Shown: one piece after another, positions 12,685 to 63,905 of the stretch
Position numbering within the stretch: the stretch's first letter is position 1
Layout of the letters: each line of letters opens with the position of its first letter
Source: Lingula anatina
Taxonomy: Eukaryota; Animalia; Brachiopoda
NCBI GenBank assembly: GCA_051362555.1
Contig: CM120640.1
Span: 46,788,788 to 46,852,787, forward strand
Direction: 5' to 3'
Length of the DNA: 64,000 nucleotides
Notes under the pieces: model-generated
What the model saw: the letters and a program-made list of their open reading frames with translations, nothing else
The model's database searches: none
What the model was told of the DNA's origin: nothing
Made by a program: the position numbers and the translations under genes

Positions 12685-13749
12685 CATTGTTCAATAAATA
12701 AAGAAAATATAATTTATTGAGAGTTAAAGTGTTACAGTAGTACTTATCATTTTGGATAGCAATATTTATGTCCATAGCAGGCCGTCAGCCAAGTTTATGA
12801 TTACTTTTGATCACTCATTTTTGAGAAATGTGGCAATTTAGACTTTAATTTTGCTGGTGAAGAATGATAATGGCATTTGACATCAGGGTATCATGAAAAT
12901 GGATCTTTGTGGTAAAAGTAGAACCAAGCTGGGTTTTGCAATGATTTAATTATCTACATGAATCATTTTCTTTTGTGGAGTAAAATGGAGCCAACTCGAG
13001 TCTCAAGTAGTAGATTTTGAATTTGAAAATTGTTATTTTGTGCAAAATCCTCTCAATTTTGACCTTGTGTTTTTGATGAGTAAATTAAACATCTGCAGGG
13101 AAGGTTAAACATTTTTGCATTTTGGGTTTACTAAGACATTGAAAAAGGAAGGTTTTTGTGGCAGTCTTCTGTAAATAAAAGATTGGTAAGATAATTAAAT
13201 AGAACTTTGTACTATTCATATGGTTTCCCAATGACATAATTTATATTTTGAAATGCTCGCAATTTTTACTTTTGTATTTGAAAACTTAGTTTTTCTTAAT
13301 TTTTTAAAATGATGTGAATAATATTACTAGAAACTTTGTGTTCAGCTAAATTGGTAATGAAAGACGTTTACTGAAGTTTGATCAGTACAAATAACACCAA
13401 AAAGTTCCAGAATGCAGTAAATGTCTCTTCCAGATTAAAATTAAGATGTAATGTGTACAATATTTTAAGAAGTGCCATTTTCACAAGAGAAAGTCGGAAC
13501 TTAATAGCAAAGGAATGCAGTGAAATCTGTTGTATCCAGGCATTAAGAGAAAGAATAAAGTATGAAAACAAATCAGTGCTTTTTCATCTTAGTTTTATAT
13601 ATATATATATATATAAAAAGAAGACCAAAAAAAATTAAAAATTAATAGAAAGTTAGATGTTGATCTTCAACAAGTGAGATGCCTTGGAATGTTCTTTTTT
13701 GTGTAATAGAGGTTTGGATTAAAATACTTTACTTTCCCCACCTTTAATG

Positions 13750-13993
13750 ATTGTTTTTCGCACCATCAAAACTGCAGCTGGAATAAGACGACTCCTGTTT
13801 ACGCCATACCATTTTCACATAATCATCAAAACTAGCAAGTTATTCTTTAGTTGCTTCTGCAGATTATAAATTTAACATCACTTTTCCTGAGTGAGCAACG
13901 ACTCAGCCGTTAGAGGGCAGTGTCTTCAGTTGGCAGTCGATAGGTGTCCTGTCTTGGGTAAAAAAAAGGAAGCAGCTTGTCTTGGATTGTTTA
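13750..13993 (+). promoter_or_regulatory. ADAR1 proximal promoter / 5' UTR
   Basis: CpG-retaining stretch just upstream of the ATG, with a CTCF-like CCGTTAGAGGGCAG at 13907-13920. Confidence 0.45.
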
Positions 13994-16900
13994 ATGATGG
14001 CAAATGACGGACAAATTCTTAACCTATTTCAACAACGTGCAGGACAGGATATAAGTCCAACAGATATTTCAAAGGCTCTGAAGATTACTCGAAAGGAAGT
14101 CAACCAGGTTTTATACGGCATGAAGCGTCGAAATGTCTTGCAAAAAGTGTCAGATCAGCCTCCACTGTGGCGAATGGAGGGAGGAAACCCAGATACTTCC
14201 ACTTTCGATTCGTATGTTGGCGGTCCCATGCAAAGTGTTCGTTACCATTGCCATCATGACCACGTATGTATAAGAAAAAAATTAATAAGACTTTCTGAAA
14301 TGAAATTATTGGTATTATCCCAGTGGTATGATAAGGATAGTAATGTATTCATGATACTGGAGGTTTAAGTTTCGGACTAAGTTCGAATAAATAACGTAGT
14401 TTGGCACGGCTTAGCTTACATTGCCTGGTAATTTTGTTTTAAGCAATAATAACTCTTCCTTTGAGATTCAAAATTCCACAAGAAATACATTGTAAACAAC
14501 GCATGAAAATATATTATATAGGTATATCAGAAAATTTTTCAAACTGATCAGAAAATTATAATACTTACTGGTATATCTTCTGAAAGGTAATGCAAAAAAA
14601 CAGATGAATTCATTTGGAATTTTTAAAATATTCCTACAAGCAACAAAGATATTGAAGTTTTTTAACTGCAAAATTTCACCAAAAGTGTCCACACTTTTCA
14701 GCTAAAAACCTGTGACCACTGACCAGCAATGATCACTCAGCTACTAGCTGCAGCTCAAATTGCTTTACCAATTAGGGCAATTAGGGCTCTATGTTAATCT
14801 AATGACCCGGAAACAAACCCAAATTTGGCGACTGCACAAGCACATGGCTGGGATAAATATTGCGCATCAAATAAACTATGCTTCGCATGGTTCAATTTTC
14901 ATGATTAATGGCCATAATATTGCATATTTCATGAACTTTACATGGCATAAATTACAAAAACTTCCATGCAGTACTTATCTGAAATTTTAAACATTTTGTC
15001 GAGGCAAAACTTCAAAATGTCCTCAAATCAAAGTTCTCTAAGACTGCAAAAAATCACGTGACTGGAATTTACTCTTTGATTTACAGCTTATTTAGTAAAT
15101 GACTTGTATTAGTTTATTTACACGGCGCTAAAAGAGAGATTTAAAAAATGGGTGGTCATAGGGGAGCTGTTTGCAGGCTGGTATTGGTTTTGCACTTCAC
15201 TGCCCCTGGATAGTTACTACTGTAGCGCCCCTAGTGGATTGTGATATACCTTTATTATATTGTATTTTACCACTAAAACGGCTGTTATTGTAGTAAAACT
15301 TAAATCTGTGCTTGTCAATAGGGCTTTCGATTCCTTTCTTACCGGTCATCAAGGCATCTGTTGCCAATGATGTTGGGGTGTCTCGCAGTAGTAGGAATAA
15401 TCATGAATAATCACCCAATTACTTTTTTGGTATACTGGTTATGCTAATACATGAAAGATATAATACATGTATTTGACAGGTAATCAACTACAGTACACCT
15501 AAAGTCTATTTTTTTAATTTATGCAGTAAAAGGGTCAATAGATAATTTTTTTATGTAAAAGTGCTCTAGCATGATTATTCTTGTATGTATGATACTTGTC
15601 TTGGTAGTATGACATTTGCTTTATGATGGAAATTGATCATGTGAGAAATCCATCCATAGTAGATATATTTATCTCTGAAATATGTACATGATTTATTAAC
15701 TAACTGTCTGAGAAACAATTTGATGACCTCACATTCTCAAATTTTTACAGGTATTCTACACAATGTGGATATGCGATATAAGAGTTAAGTAATTTGTGAC
15801 ATTCCTTTCTCTTTACAGAAACCTTACTCAAGACCAAATTTAACTGATCAGATTTTTGAGGTCCTGAAGAAAAACGGATCAGCCATGAAAACAATAGACA
15901 TTGCAAGAGCTGTTGGATTACATTCTGCTAAGGATGTCAATAGTACATTGTATAGGATGGAAAAGGAAGGACTTTTAAAGAAAGCAAATGATCAGCCTCC
16001 TTCTTGGATGGTCTTGAGAAGTGGAGAGAATGAAGGCACTTCTAAGCATAGGCCTCATCATTCTGTCCCAGGTATGTCTAGTTTTCAAAACAACCCTGAA
16101 CTTGACTCAGTTTCATATCCACAACATGAACTAATGGGTGAAACAACTCCACCTGGTCCAGATGAAATTAGTGACACATTAGAAGTGGATACAGATGATT
16201 CTTCTGTTCCAGAGAGCTCTAGTGCTCAGCATGGCTCACAGACCGATCTTGCAAATTTTGACATGTCTGATGCAGAACAAAACACTACACCAGATTCCAA
16301 TAACAAGGCCAATTTAGAGATGCAGTCAAATCCTCCGGGTGGCAGTGACTTTTCACTCTCCAAGCCAACCACAAGAATGGGCCCCCCACTGTCACCAGCT
16401 GAATTGCTGAAAGGTGCCACTTTTGGAGACCCAAGGTACAGAATGGCAGCAGTCTCTGGTGCCAGCTCAGCACCAGGTGCACCACCACCACCCTCTACCC
16501 TGAATGTATCTTATGTGACTGACCCAACATCTGGACAAAGTAGTTTTATGAGAGAAATTTCAAAGCATCCATCTCCACAGATTCAGCCTCAAGAGCTTCA
16601 GAAAAACATCCTGGAATACGTAACAAGGCAACAAGCTCCTGTAATTGCACTAGACATTGCCAAGGGGATTGGACTGTCAACTGCCAAGGATGTCAATCCC
16701 ATGCTCTACCAATTGGAAAAACAAGGGCTGATAACAAAAGTAGACCAGGCATATGGATGTCCTAAATGGGGAGTCAGTTCAACTGGAAAAGAAGTGACAC
16801 CACCATTATCCTTGACACCATCTCCTGCACACTCACAGATTCTCAAACCATCCAAATTTTCTCCAGAATCACTACTTTTCTCTAGACCAAATATTCTTAC

Positions 16901-19900
16901 AGCACCTATGACAGCAAAGTATCCTGGCAGTGAGAAGGGAACAGGGCCCCCTCTTTCTCCAATGGATCTAATCAGGCAGACCACCACTTGGGGAAAAGGT
17001 GCCAACCCTACTTTTACACCCAACACGTCAACCTCAGTGAAAACACCCGATGCAATAAACCTGGATAATCAAGCAAAGTTGTTAGCAGGATTGCATGTAA
17101 GGCCATCTTCAGTTGAACGGCCTGCTGCCTTTGCTTTATCAGAGCAACAGCCACAAAGTAGTTTTCTTTCTCTAAATAGTGACTCGTTTGCAGCACTGAA
17201 TAAGAATGCAGTCAGTGCCCTTATGGAGTATGCACAATCAAGAAAGACCACTGCCACTATAGAGGTGCTGGGACAAAGAGGACCACCCCACAAACCTCAG
17301 TGAGTATGATTTGGTGGGGTTTATGCCAGATTGCAGTTGAATATTCATTTTTATAACAATAACTGTCAATGTTATTTATTCTTATCACATCATCTTTTAT
17401 TTTTCAGCAGTTTGATTTCAAGTATTTCAGCTACTATAATGTTACATAGCTTTTATTAAAAATATGGCTAAAATAAATCAACAGTTGTCTAAATGATTTT
17501 CAAACTTGATTTTGCTAAAACTGCTTTTGAATCAAAAATACTTTTATAAAAAAACTATTTGTTTTTTATCAACAGTTGCCAACCCAGCCATCCATCTTTG
17601 ATGGTGTTTTTTGTCTTGATTTATTCAAATTGTTACAATTTCTGATCCCATTGTTTCTAGGTTTGAAATGGCTGCTTTTGTAGGCACAAGGCGGTTTCCA
17701 TCAGTGATAGCCACCAATAAAAAGGATGGTAAAAAAGATGCTGCTGACTTGGCTCTTAGGCAGCTGATGGCAGAGGGATCATATCAAGTGGCCAGTGCAA
17801 CACCAGTAAGTTGGAATTCTTATGCTTCAGGCCTCCCAAAGAGTTGATCAATGCAGAGAACAACCACAGCAACAACATAATGATGATAATGATACAATGA
17901 TATCATAATGATATAACCACAAAAGAGTGCCAAACTACTCTTTCTTAAGGTGTCAATTTTTGGAAAGTGATTTTACTTTTTTTTGACAAAATAATCAAGA
18001 TAGTAATCAAAATGTTTTTACTTATGTAGGGCATTATTGAAATTTAATTGCAGTGATATTTTGTACTTTTTAGGCTGTAGACATAGTCCGACAGTTAACA
18101 AGTACCTCATCCACACATTTTGACAAGATAGCAGCTTTGTCTCACCAGGCTTTTAACCTTATTGCTGCCACTGTCACAGAGAATATGTCAGGGAAGAAAG
18201 TGCTGGCAGCTCTAGTCATGAAGAAAGACCCTACAGATACAGGGACAGTTGTTAGCCTTGGGACGGGTTAGTATGAACAGATTCAGCCTTTATGTTTAAT
18301 TGCATATAACAAATGGAATCTTTTCAGGGATGGATAGAGACATTATGCCCTACAGGTATACTGACTTTAAAAATCAATGTTGAAATTTTATTATATGTTT
18401 TGCTTTATTCAAGTGGTTTTCAAGAAATATTTCATTATGGTTGTCTTTCAGAAAATTAAGGAATAAGATTGGAATCTGCCCCTGACTTTTAAGGAGAGGA
18501 TGGGAGATATAAAAACATGCTGTCAATTTTGTAAAGGATAAAAACAAATATTTTCTATTTCTGTAAACATTGAAAGCCTTCATTATATGTTATATAGTTT
18601 TGAACATACAATTTTGTTTTCAGGATCATCCAATAGCTTTGTATTTTACAATGCACATGTTTCTTCTTTCAGGTAACCGTTGTATTACAGGCCCTATGCT
18701 TAGTATGGTTGGAGACACTGTCAATGATTCTCATGCAGAAATCATAACAAGGAGAGGTTTTCTCAGGTAAAATTATATTATGGTATATAATGGTATATTT
18801 CAATTGTATAAGGTTGTATAAGGATCTATATAATACATTTAAATCATTGGATGGAAATATTACTTAAAAAAGAGAATGTCGTATCTAGTCAGCTTTTTAC
18901 TTTATGTTGTATTAAAATAACATTTTCCTCATAGGTTTTTATACAAGCATCTTGAAAACTATTCACCCAATTCCCCTGATACCATACTTGAAGTTTGTGA
19001 AGAGTCTGGAAAAATGAAGATCAAAGATGGTATCACTTTCCACTTGTATATATCAACTGCTCCTTGTGGAGATGGTGCTCTGTTTTCTCCAAGGTAATGC
19101 ATTTACCTCAGGCTTTAGCATGTACTGATTTTTCTTTTCATAAATTATTAGATAGTTAGGTAACTATAATTGATATACCAAATTTTCACTACACAGTAAT
19201 TGTTATGCTGTGTTTACAGATTATGAATAAAACTGAACATGGTGTGATTATCAGTCAGCTTTTTCTTCAGGATGTGCTGTCAAATGACAAGAATTTGGAT
19301 TTTAACTTCCATTTATTTGAAATTTTATTTATTAAATTTTCATGGTTAGTATAATTTATTTTTTATTTTTAAGGGATGCCACAGGCCAAGCTAAGGAGGA
19401 AGACAATATAAAAGAACATACACCTACATTCACCAATCAGCTTCAGGGAGTGCTGAGGACCAAAGTAGAAGACGGTGTGTAAAACATTGTAAATACTTGA
19501 TCATATTTTTAAAAAAATTATTTGCACAGTACAGTTTTAAAAGAAATGAATACTGATGCCAAAAGAGAAGAGCCGAAATGCTGTTGAAATTGTACCTATT
19601 TTTAACTGTAAAACATGAACTCCCCATGTATTTGTACTAACCTTAATCAGTCATTTCTGTACAGGAGAGGGCACGATTCCCATAGAACCAGGTTTCACAG
19701 GACTGACCTGGGATGGGGTAATGAGAGGAGAGAGGCTGAGGACTATGTCATGTAGTGATAAACTCTGCAGGTGGAACATACTGGGAATGCAGGGGGCCCT
19801 GCTTAGTAACTTCCTTGAACCCATCTACTTAAGTTCATTGACACTAGGTACTGTAAGAGTTTAAATAAGTAATATGTATTATCATACCCATTTTACTCTA

Positions 19901-21083
19901 TGGTTAAATGTTCCTTACATCTGTGTGTCATTTTAAAGGTTTTAACAATAAATGTAAAACTTTGTCTTTTTATATTTCAAGACAATGGAAGTTCTACCAT
20001 GGTCATATAAGGGGGGGGGGGGGTCAGTTAGATAAACTCCATTATCCCATAAATATTATTTCTATTCACAAATTAATGAAAAGAACATTAATGGAATTTT
20101 TTGGACCTAGATTTGTAATGATTCTTTCCAGTTTCTGTCTTGACTGCGAATATTTTACATGCCTGTTTCAGGTTTACTGTATGATCATGGTCACCTGTCC
20201 AGAGCCATGTGTTGTCGCCTTGCCAAAGGAGAACCAGACTTGAAAGAGGTTCTTCCAGAAGGCTACAGACTTAACCATCCCCATTTGGGTCGAGTGACCA
20301 TGTACGAGGCTCCCAGAGAGACCCAGAAAACAAAGTCAGTGAGCATCAATTGGTGCTGTTTTGATAGGAAGGCAGAAGTAACAGATGGGACAAGGGGGAT
20401 GGTGGAAATGTAAGTAGATACAGGGAACAATGGATGTGAATGATTGACTTTTTGATGTGATTTTCTTACACTTTGAAGACAGTTATTTGTGTATGTGTAC
20501 ATGTGTGATCATTCACATGCACCAATTTAAACAATTATTGCTATTTTTGGATAAAATTGCTTTTGCTTTATTTCAGCTGCTTTATTTTAACTGTTGTAAA
20601 AGTTATTTTTGTACACAAGAATGTGCAATTAGAAAGTTTAAGCAGCTTTTGCCATGTTTTCACCAATTTAGTATACTGTGTCAAAGAATTTGCAGTGTCT
20701 GTGGTTACTGTAATAATGTTTTTGGTAACAATCTGAAACACTTGATTTATAAGTTCCAATTTTTTTGGAATTTTCGTACTTAGACAATATGACTTTGAAA
20801 CAATCTGTAAACAGTGCCTTATTTAACTTTATGTATTACCATTTGCAATAGGGGAGGGAAGATCAGTGTGTCACAGCTTTCCAAGGGTGAACTATACAAG
20901 AGTTACAGGAATGTATGTGCCAAATTTAATCGCACGGACCTGCTACAGGCTGGCTCTTATTATGAAGCCAAGCAAATGGCTGCACAGTTTCAGGAGTCCA
21001 AGCAGATCATGTATCAGAAATTTAAGAAAAACAAATTTGGTACGTGGGTGAAAAAACCCCAAGAGGAAAAAATGTTTACCTGA
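13994..21083 (+). CDS. ADAR: Double-stranded RNA-specific adenosine deaminase ADAR1 (3 Z-alpha + 1 dsRBD + deaminase), 10 coding exons
   Basis: Exons 13994-14263, 15819-17299, 17661-17805, 18074-18266, 18673-18766, 18935-19093, 19374-19474, 19665-19847, 20172-20409 and 20852-21083 are phase-consistent. Catalytic motifs are present: [40 protein letters not shown]. The PCGDGALF and [10 protein letters not shown] variants plus the Z-alpha domains indicate ADAR1 rather than ADAR2. Confidence 0.95.
14012..14174 (+). other. ADAR1 Z-alpha domain 1 (winged helix)
   Basis: [42 protein letters not shown], with the conserved N, LY, PP and W. Confidence 0.9.
15840..16013 (+). other. ADAR1 Z-alpha domain 2
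   Basis: [46 protein letters not shown]. Confidence 0.9.
16596..16775 (+). other. ADAR1 Z-alpha domain 3
   Basis: [48 protein letters not shown]. Confidence 0.88.
17199..17770 (+). other. ADAR1 single dsRNA-binding domain (split by intron 17300-17660)
   Basis: [45 protein letters not shown], containing the GPxH and KKxxK motifs. Confidence 0.88.
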
Positions 21084-22401
21084 AAATCATCTGTTGATAT
21101 TCTCATACATGGTGATTTATTTTCCAGTGAATGGTGTGCTTTTGCATTGGGTAGAAAACTAGGCTGCTGATACATTAAGTTTATAACTATGAAGATATGT
21201 TTTTAGTGGCAAAATTGGAACTTTCCACAAATCGTGTACTTTCTTTAACCTTGACCTGTTCAATGAAAATTATTTTACAGAGGTTTTCATGAATAGTATG
21301 AATATATACTTGAAACTTAGACAAGTATGTTAGTGGAACAGTATTCCACATCTCCTCATGTTTTTGGTGTCTATTTCTAAATTTTACATCTTTCTGCTGT
21401 TAGGGTCAGCTACACCCTAGTTTCAACGTTTTTAAATAGTTGTTTATTATTTGTAAGTTCAAGGACATACAAGAGTACAGAACTTGCATATGTACAAATT
21501 TGGAGCATGTCAAGTCAAGTCATTTCTTGACAACTGATGTTGATTTCAACATATTATCTTGCACCTTTCCTGCTCCACTTTATTGGGTAGATGTGAACTT
21601 CGACAATGCTGAAGGAACAGATTCAATTGTGAGATCTGTCTATGGAGGGATGTTCAGAAATATAAGAGTTTTAAGTTGCAAAGCAGTTTATTAAACTTGA
21701 AGTCATTAAGCTGCAAAGCAGTTTAGTTAAACTTGTAGTTAAAGAGGATGAGGTGCTGCCAGTGATATTTACATGTACTTTTTAGAAAGTATTTTTCTTG
21801 TAACCAGATAAAGACAGACAAAACATCTTTTAACAATAACTGGCATTTACTTTTTTAAGTTAGTCTTTTAACACATAAAATGAGCATCAAATTACTGCTC
21901 ATGTTCATAGAATGTGATTATGTAATTCATACTTAATTTTGAATAGTATGGATTAACTATGTCAGTCGTAAATTTTATTTTTATTTGCTGAATCCTTTGC
22001 CCAGATTTTTTCTTGGAGGAAGATGCTTTGTGTTAATAACAAAGATGTTTTTGCGAAATTTAACAAAGTTCCTTTTTTGAAATATATATTGTGGTAGTAG
22101 GTCAAATATTTTTATATTAAAATATGACTCTTCTGCCTGATTAAATGCAAAAAGAACGCATAAGTCCCAAGTGAAGCACAACAACTTTATTGTCCAAATT
22201 GGATGTGTTCTTTTATTCAGAATAGCACCATAGTGGTTAGGAAGGGTTGGCGAACGTAATGGCAGTCAGCCATCAATCTGCCAAATGAAAATTGAAATTA
22301 TTTCACTAAGCAGAAAGCTAAGAGACAACTAACCATCATCACCGTTCAACTTAGTGTATTCATCAACAAAAAATGTTTTTTTACATTTTTCTTTTCTTTG
22401 C

Positions 22402-22407
22402 AATAAA
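22402..22407 (+). terminator. Candidate ADAR1 polyadenylation signal
   Basis: AATAAA at the point where the + strand switches from T-rich to A-rich. Confidence 0.4.
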
Positions 22408-23313
22408 TATGAAACAATAATAATAATAATAAGAGTTCACAAGTCATTTTTATCAAACAAAACCCTCCACTTGGGTTACTTATAATGTTTCAAACCTTCA
22501 ACAAAGAGGTTATTTTTATAATACAAATGATTGACAGCGCAGTCTTTAATAATGATCTTCAAGATGCTACCATATAACCTTGCAGGATGAGAATGACAAA
22601 CCAAAAACATGAAACAGTATCCAGACAAAATGCACATATATAAAGATGAAAAACTTGTCAAAATCAGACTACAAGGAAAAGGGGAGGAATGATAGATTCT
22701 GAAAGATCAGGACAAAAGACAGTCCATCTTACTCATTTGAGAGATTGTCCTTTTTTTACTGCATTTTATTTTATTCATGAATGCAGAAAAGTAACTGTAT
22801 GGCAAAAATATGTATAATATATAAAATGTATATCATTTAAATGAAACCTGTGTAAACACTCCAAAACAAAGTCCTCTATAAGATACAATCTTACATGATT
22901 CAGCCATTGGTTATAACAGCACATATAAAGTTTGTCTAAATACTTGATTAGATGCCTGTATAAACAAGGGGTTTCAACCTGAAACTTGATTGGCAACAAC
23001 AAGTCTGCAGTCAATAATAAAATACATCATCAACTAACTAATAATTCCACTACTGCCACAGCACATCTTGCCAACCTTGTAGGGGTTGAGGAGAAAGGGA
23101 AGGTTGCAGTTCATTTTCTTCAACACTCTTCTATATTGTTCATCTGTGCTACAACTGCTGTTAAATAACACATCCCATGGACAATAATTCTCTTATCATT
23201 TGGCACTTGGTTGAGCAGGTATCTTAGTTTGTGAGTGCAGGGAGACGATGTCTGCACTGACATTGCCGTATGGAGACGATTTCGGTGATAGCATGGCGCA
23301 AGACTAGTTAGTG

Positions 23314-61326
<38,013 letters not shown>

Positions 61327-62145
61327 CTAAAATGATACACATAAATGAACAGTTAGATCAGAACATACTTTATCTATAAATTTACTAAGATTCAACAAAT
61401 CTTTTGAATTTTCTTCTCCTTGGTCTATTACCAAATGACTGAGTGGGCAGGGATAAAATGCCTTTGCTGGAATCTGTAAAACAATCTATCCTATTCCAAT
61501 GTGGGCCACTTTTTTTTTTTTTTTTTTTTTTTTAGCTATGAATATAAGCAGTTTCTCTATGATATCTGCTTAATTGATACTTAACATAAGTGAGGGTCAG
61601 TGTTGGATGCAGTGAGAAAAATGTTTTAAAATCTGTCTGCCTCTTGCTGCAAATAATACTATCACTAGTGGGAGTGTGATGAAAGCAGATTTCTTTAAAG
61701 CAGGTCTTGTTTCGATCAGTAACTAGGACACTATCATTTGCGTTCTTATAATACTGAATGATATTGAAATAACTCATATAGTTGTGAGGGGGAGGGGGGT
61801 AATGGTTGCTGTTCAGTTGACTGGTTTGTGAACGGATGTGAGGGGAAGAGAGGCAGTGGTTTTTCAATGTGATAAATGCCTTTGAAATTGGAGGATACTG
61901 TTTAAGGATCATTTGGATTACACTTTAAACTAAAATGAGGGCCATGGGAAAATCCTAATTCAATATATTAGGATCTAATATCACTAACTACAGGTGAGAA
62001 AGATGAGAATAAATTCAGGTTATGACTTAACTAACAAATGAAGTGGTGAGTGGGAGAAATATCCACCCCAATATGCCTAAGACCTACAAGGTGAGAGAGG
62101 AAATGCATAAAGTGTTTGTGGGATCCTTCATGGTACAAATCTTAC

Positions 62146-62178
62146 CACATTTCCCTTCCTAGCTGCTGCCAACTCTTC
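62146..62178 (-). CDS. Candidate twitchin mini-exon, 33 nt (EELAAARKGNV)
   Basis: tgttgttggttcag|GAAGAGTTGGCAGCAGCTAGGAAGGGAAATGTG|gtaaga; open and phase 0-0. Confidence 0.62.
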
Positions 62179-63437
62179 CTGAACCAACAACATTGATACA
62201 AAACATTACACACTACTAAATCAAAGACACTTGGAAGCTCATGTCCCATTTACGAACAAATCAAAAATAACAAGGATGAATAATTCAACAAAACAAAATA
62301 ATTACGAACAAAACATAAAATAATATATATAATATCTATTGTGTTAATCAACAATTAATTAAATCTAAAAAAATAATAAAAAACAAAATTTACAACAATG
62401 AAAAATATGATTTATTAATCACATAAATAAACAATAAAATCAAAGAAATCAATTTAGAAAGCCAGTTAAGGACAGTGTAAGTACAGATTCATATGGGTAA
62501 AATAGTTATAGATGGGGGAGGGGGGTAATTAGAAAAGCCTCCACACATATCAGGAATTCTATTTGCAAATAGGTTTTAAAAATACAAAGTGAAAATATAG
62601 CTGTTTTTATGAAATCTCTCAGTTTGCAGCAACTGAAGACTATTACAAAATGACAAATGTGATGGGAAGATGTCAGACATATACATTTAGAATGGAAATA
62701 TGAAGAAATTATAGGCAAGAAGAACTGATGGAATACTGCAAATGAAGGCAGAAAACCCAGATAAGGAATGGGCTTCTATCACATGTCTAAACAGGGGTGA
62801 GATTTATTTAGAATAAACCTTAGGGTCCTCTAATTAATCACATGCAGGGATGTGAATGGGTCAAATCAAGTTGCCTTGAATGTATCACATCCCTTCAAGT
62901 GAGAAGAACAAGATGCAACAAAGAAAACAGATTAGAGCCACAGATCTAAAAAGTCTGCTACATTTGGCCATTTTGGTACATTTCACAGAAAGCTGGAAGT
63001 CTATGAATAAGACTGCTAGTTTTTGTCATTTTCAAGGAAAGGCATTCTAACAGTAATATATTTAGGTAATAGTTTTACTTCTGATTGAGCAAAATCCCCT
63101 TCACCAAGCTTTAATAATCACATTCATTATTGATGGTATTGCATCATGCTTGATTATATCATCATTGAAAAGAGAGAAAATCTACAGTTTCAAGATGAGT
63201 TTCAAAAAGAGGATTTGGGTTCCTACAAACAGTAATTGTGGCTACCAACAAATACAGAGGGTAAATCACTACAAGAAGAAAGTTAACTCCTAAAAAAATA
63301 GGAAAGGTGGATTTCTACAAAGAATAGGAAATACACTGCTCACAAGTACTAAGAAAGGGATAAATTTTCACTAAACCAGGGCCTTATATCACATTATAAA
63401 GAAGGGAGAGGTCAGATCAAAGGCCTTATTTATTTAC

Positions 63438-63461
63438 CTCACTTGCAGTCTTGCGCCAGTC
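63438..63461 (-). CDS. Candidate twitchin microexon, 24 nt (DWRKTASE)
   Basis: gatacacgcccag|GACTGGCGCAAGACTGCAAGTGAG|gtaaat; phase 0 matches the phase-0 acceptor at 61326. Confidence 0.6.
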
Positions 63462-63905
63462 CTGGGCGTGTATCAAATAAATATTTGTTAAATTAATAGA
63501 CAAAAAACTTAAAAAATACAGTAAGTAAAATCTAAAAAAAAAAGTTAATATAATCAAACTGAAATAAACTGAGTTAGTATATATTGAACAAAAATTATAT
63601 TTGTTGTTTACTAACTATAGGAGGTGAGGGTATAATTTTTGTTCTAGCTTTGTTTCTCTCCTTGGAACACAAAGTTGCTCTGATTTATCTTTTCAATATA
63701 TTTTCTGATAATTTCATAAAAATATTTATTTTTATTTTTCTACTACCAGACAAAACAGCATGTTGACATAAAAATATTTTTTTCATTAATTTCAGCGACC
63801 AAGAAGAGAAATAGGACAAAAGCCAAAATTAACATAACTTTATTACAGCAGATATATAGAAAGCAGCTAAAGAGGGAAATGGAAATAAATTTGAAAGAAA
63901 CTTAC

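Noticed and set aside
13720-13890. IRF/ISRE-like motifs in the ADAR1 promoter
   Set aside because: Only partial matches (GGAAAAGTGA, GGGAAAGTAAAGT), expected by chance in AT-rich DNA.
16226-17293. Several minus-strand ORFs
   Set aside because: Antisense shadows of the large ADAR1 exon 2.
21671-21739. ~35-bp tandem duplication in the ADAR1 3' UTR
   Set aside because: Direct rather than inverted, so it is not a dsRNA substrate; an ordinary local duplication.
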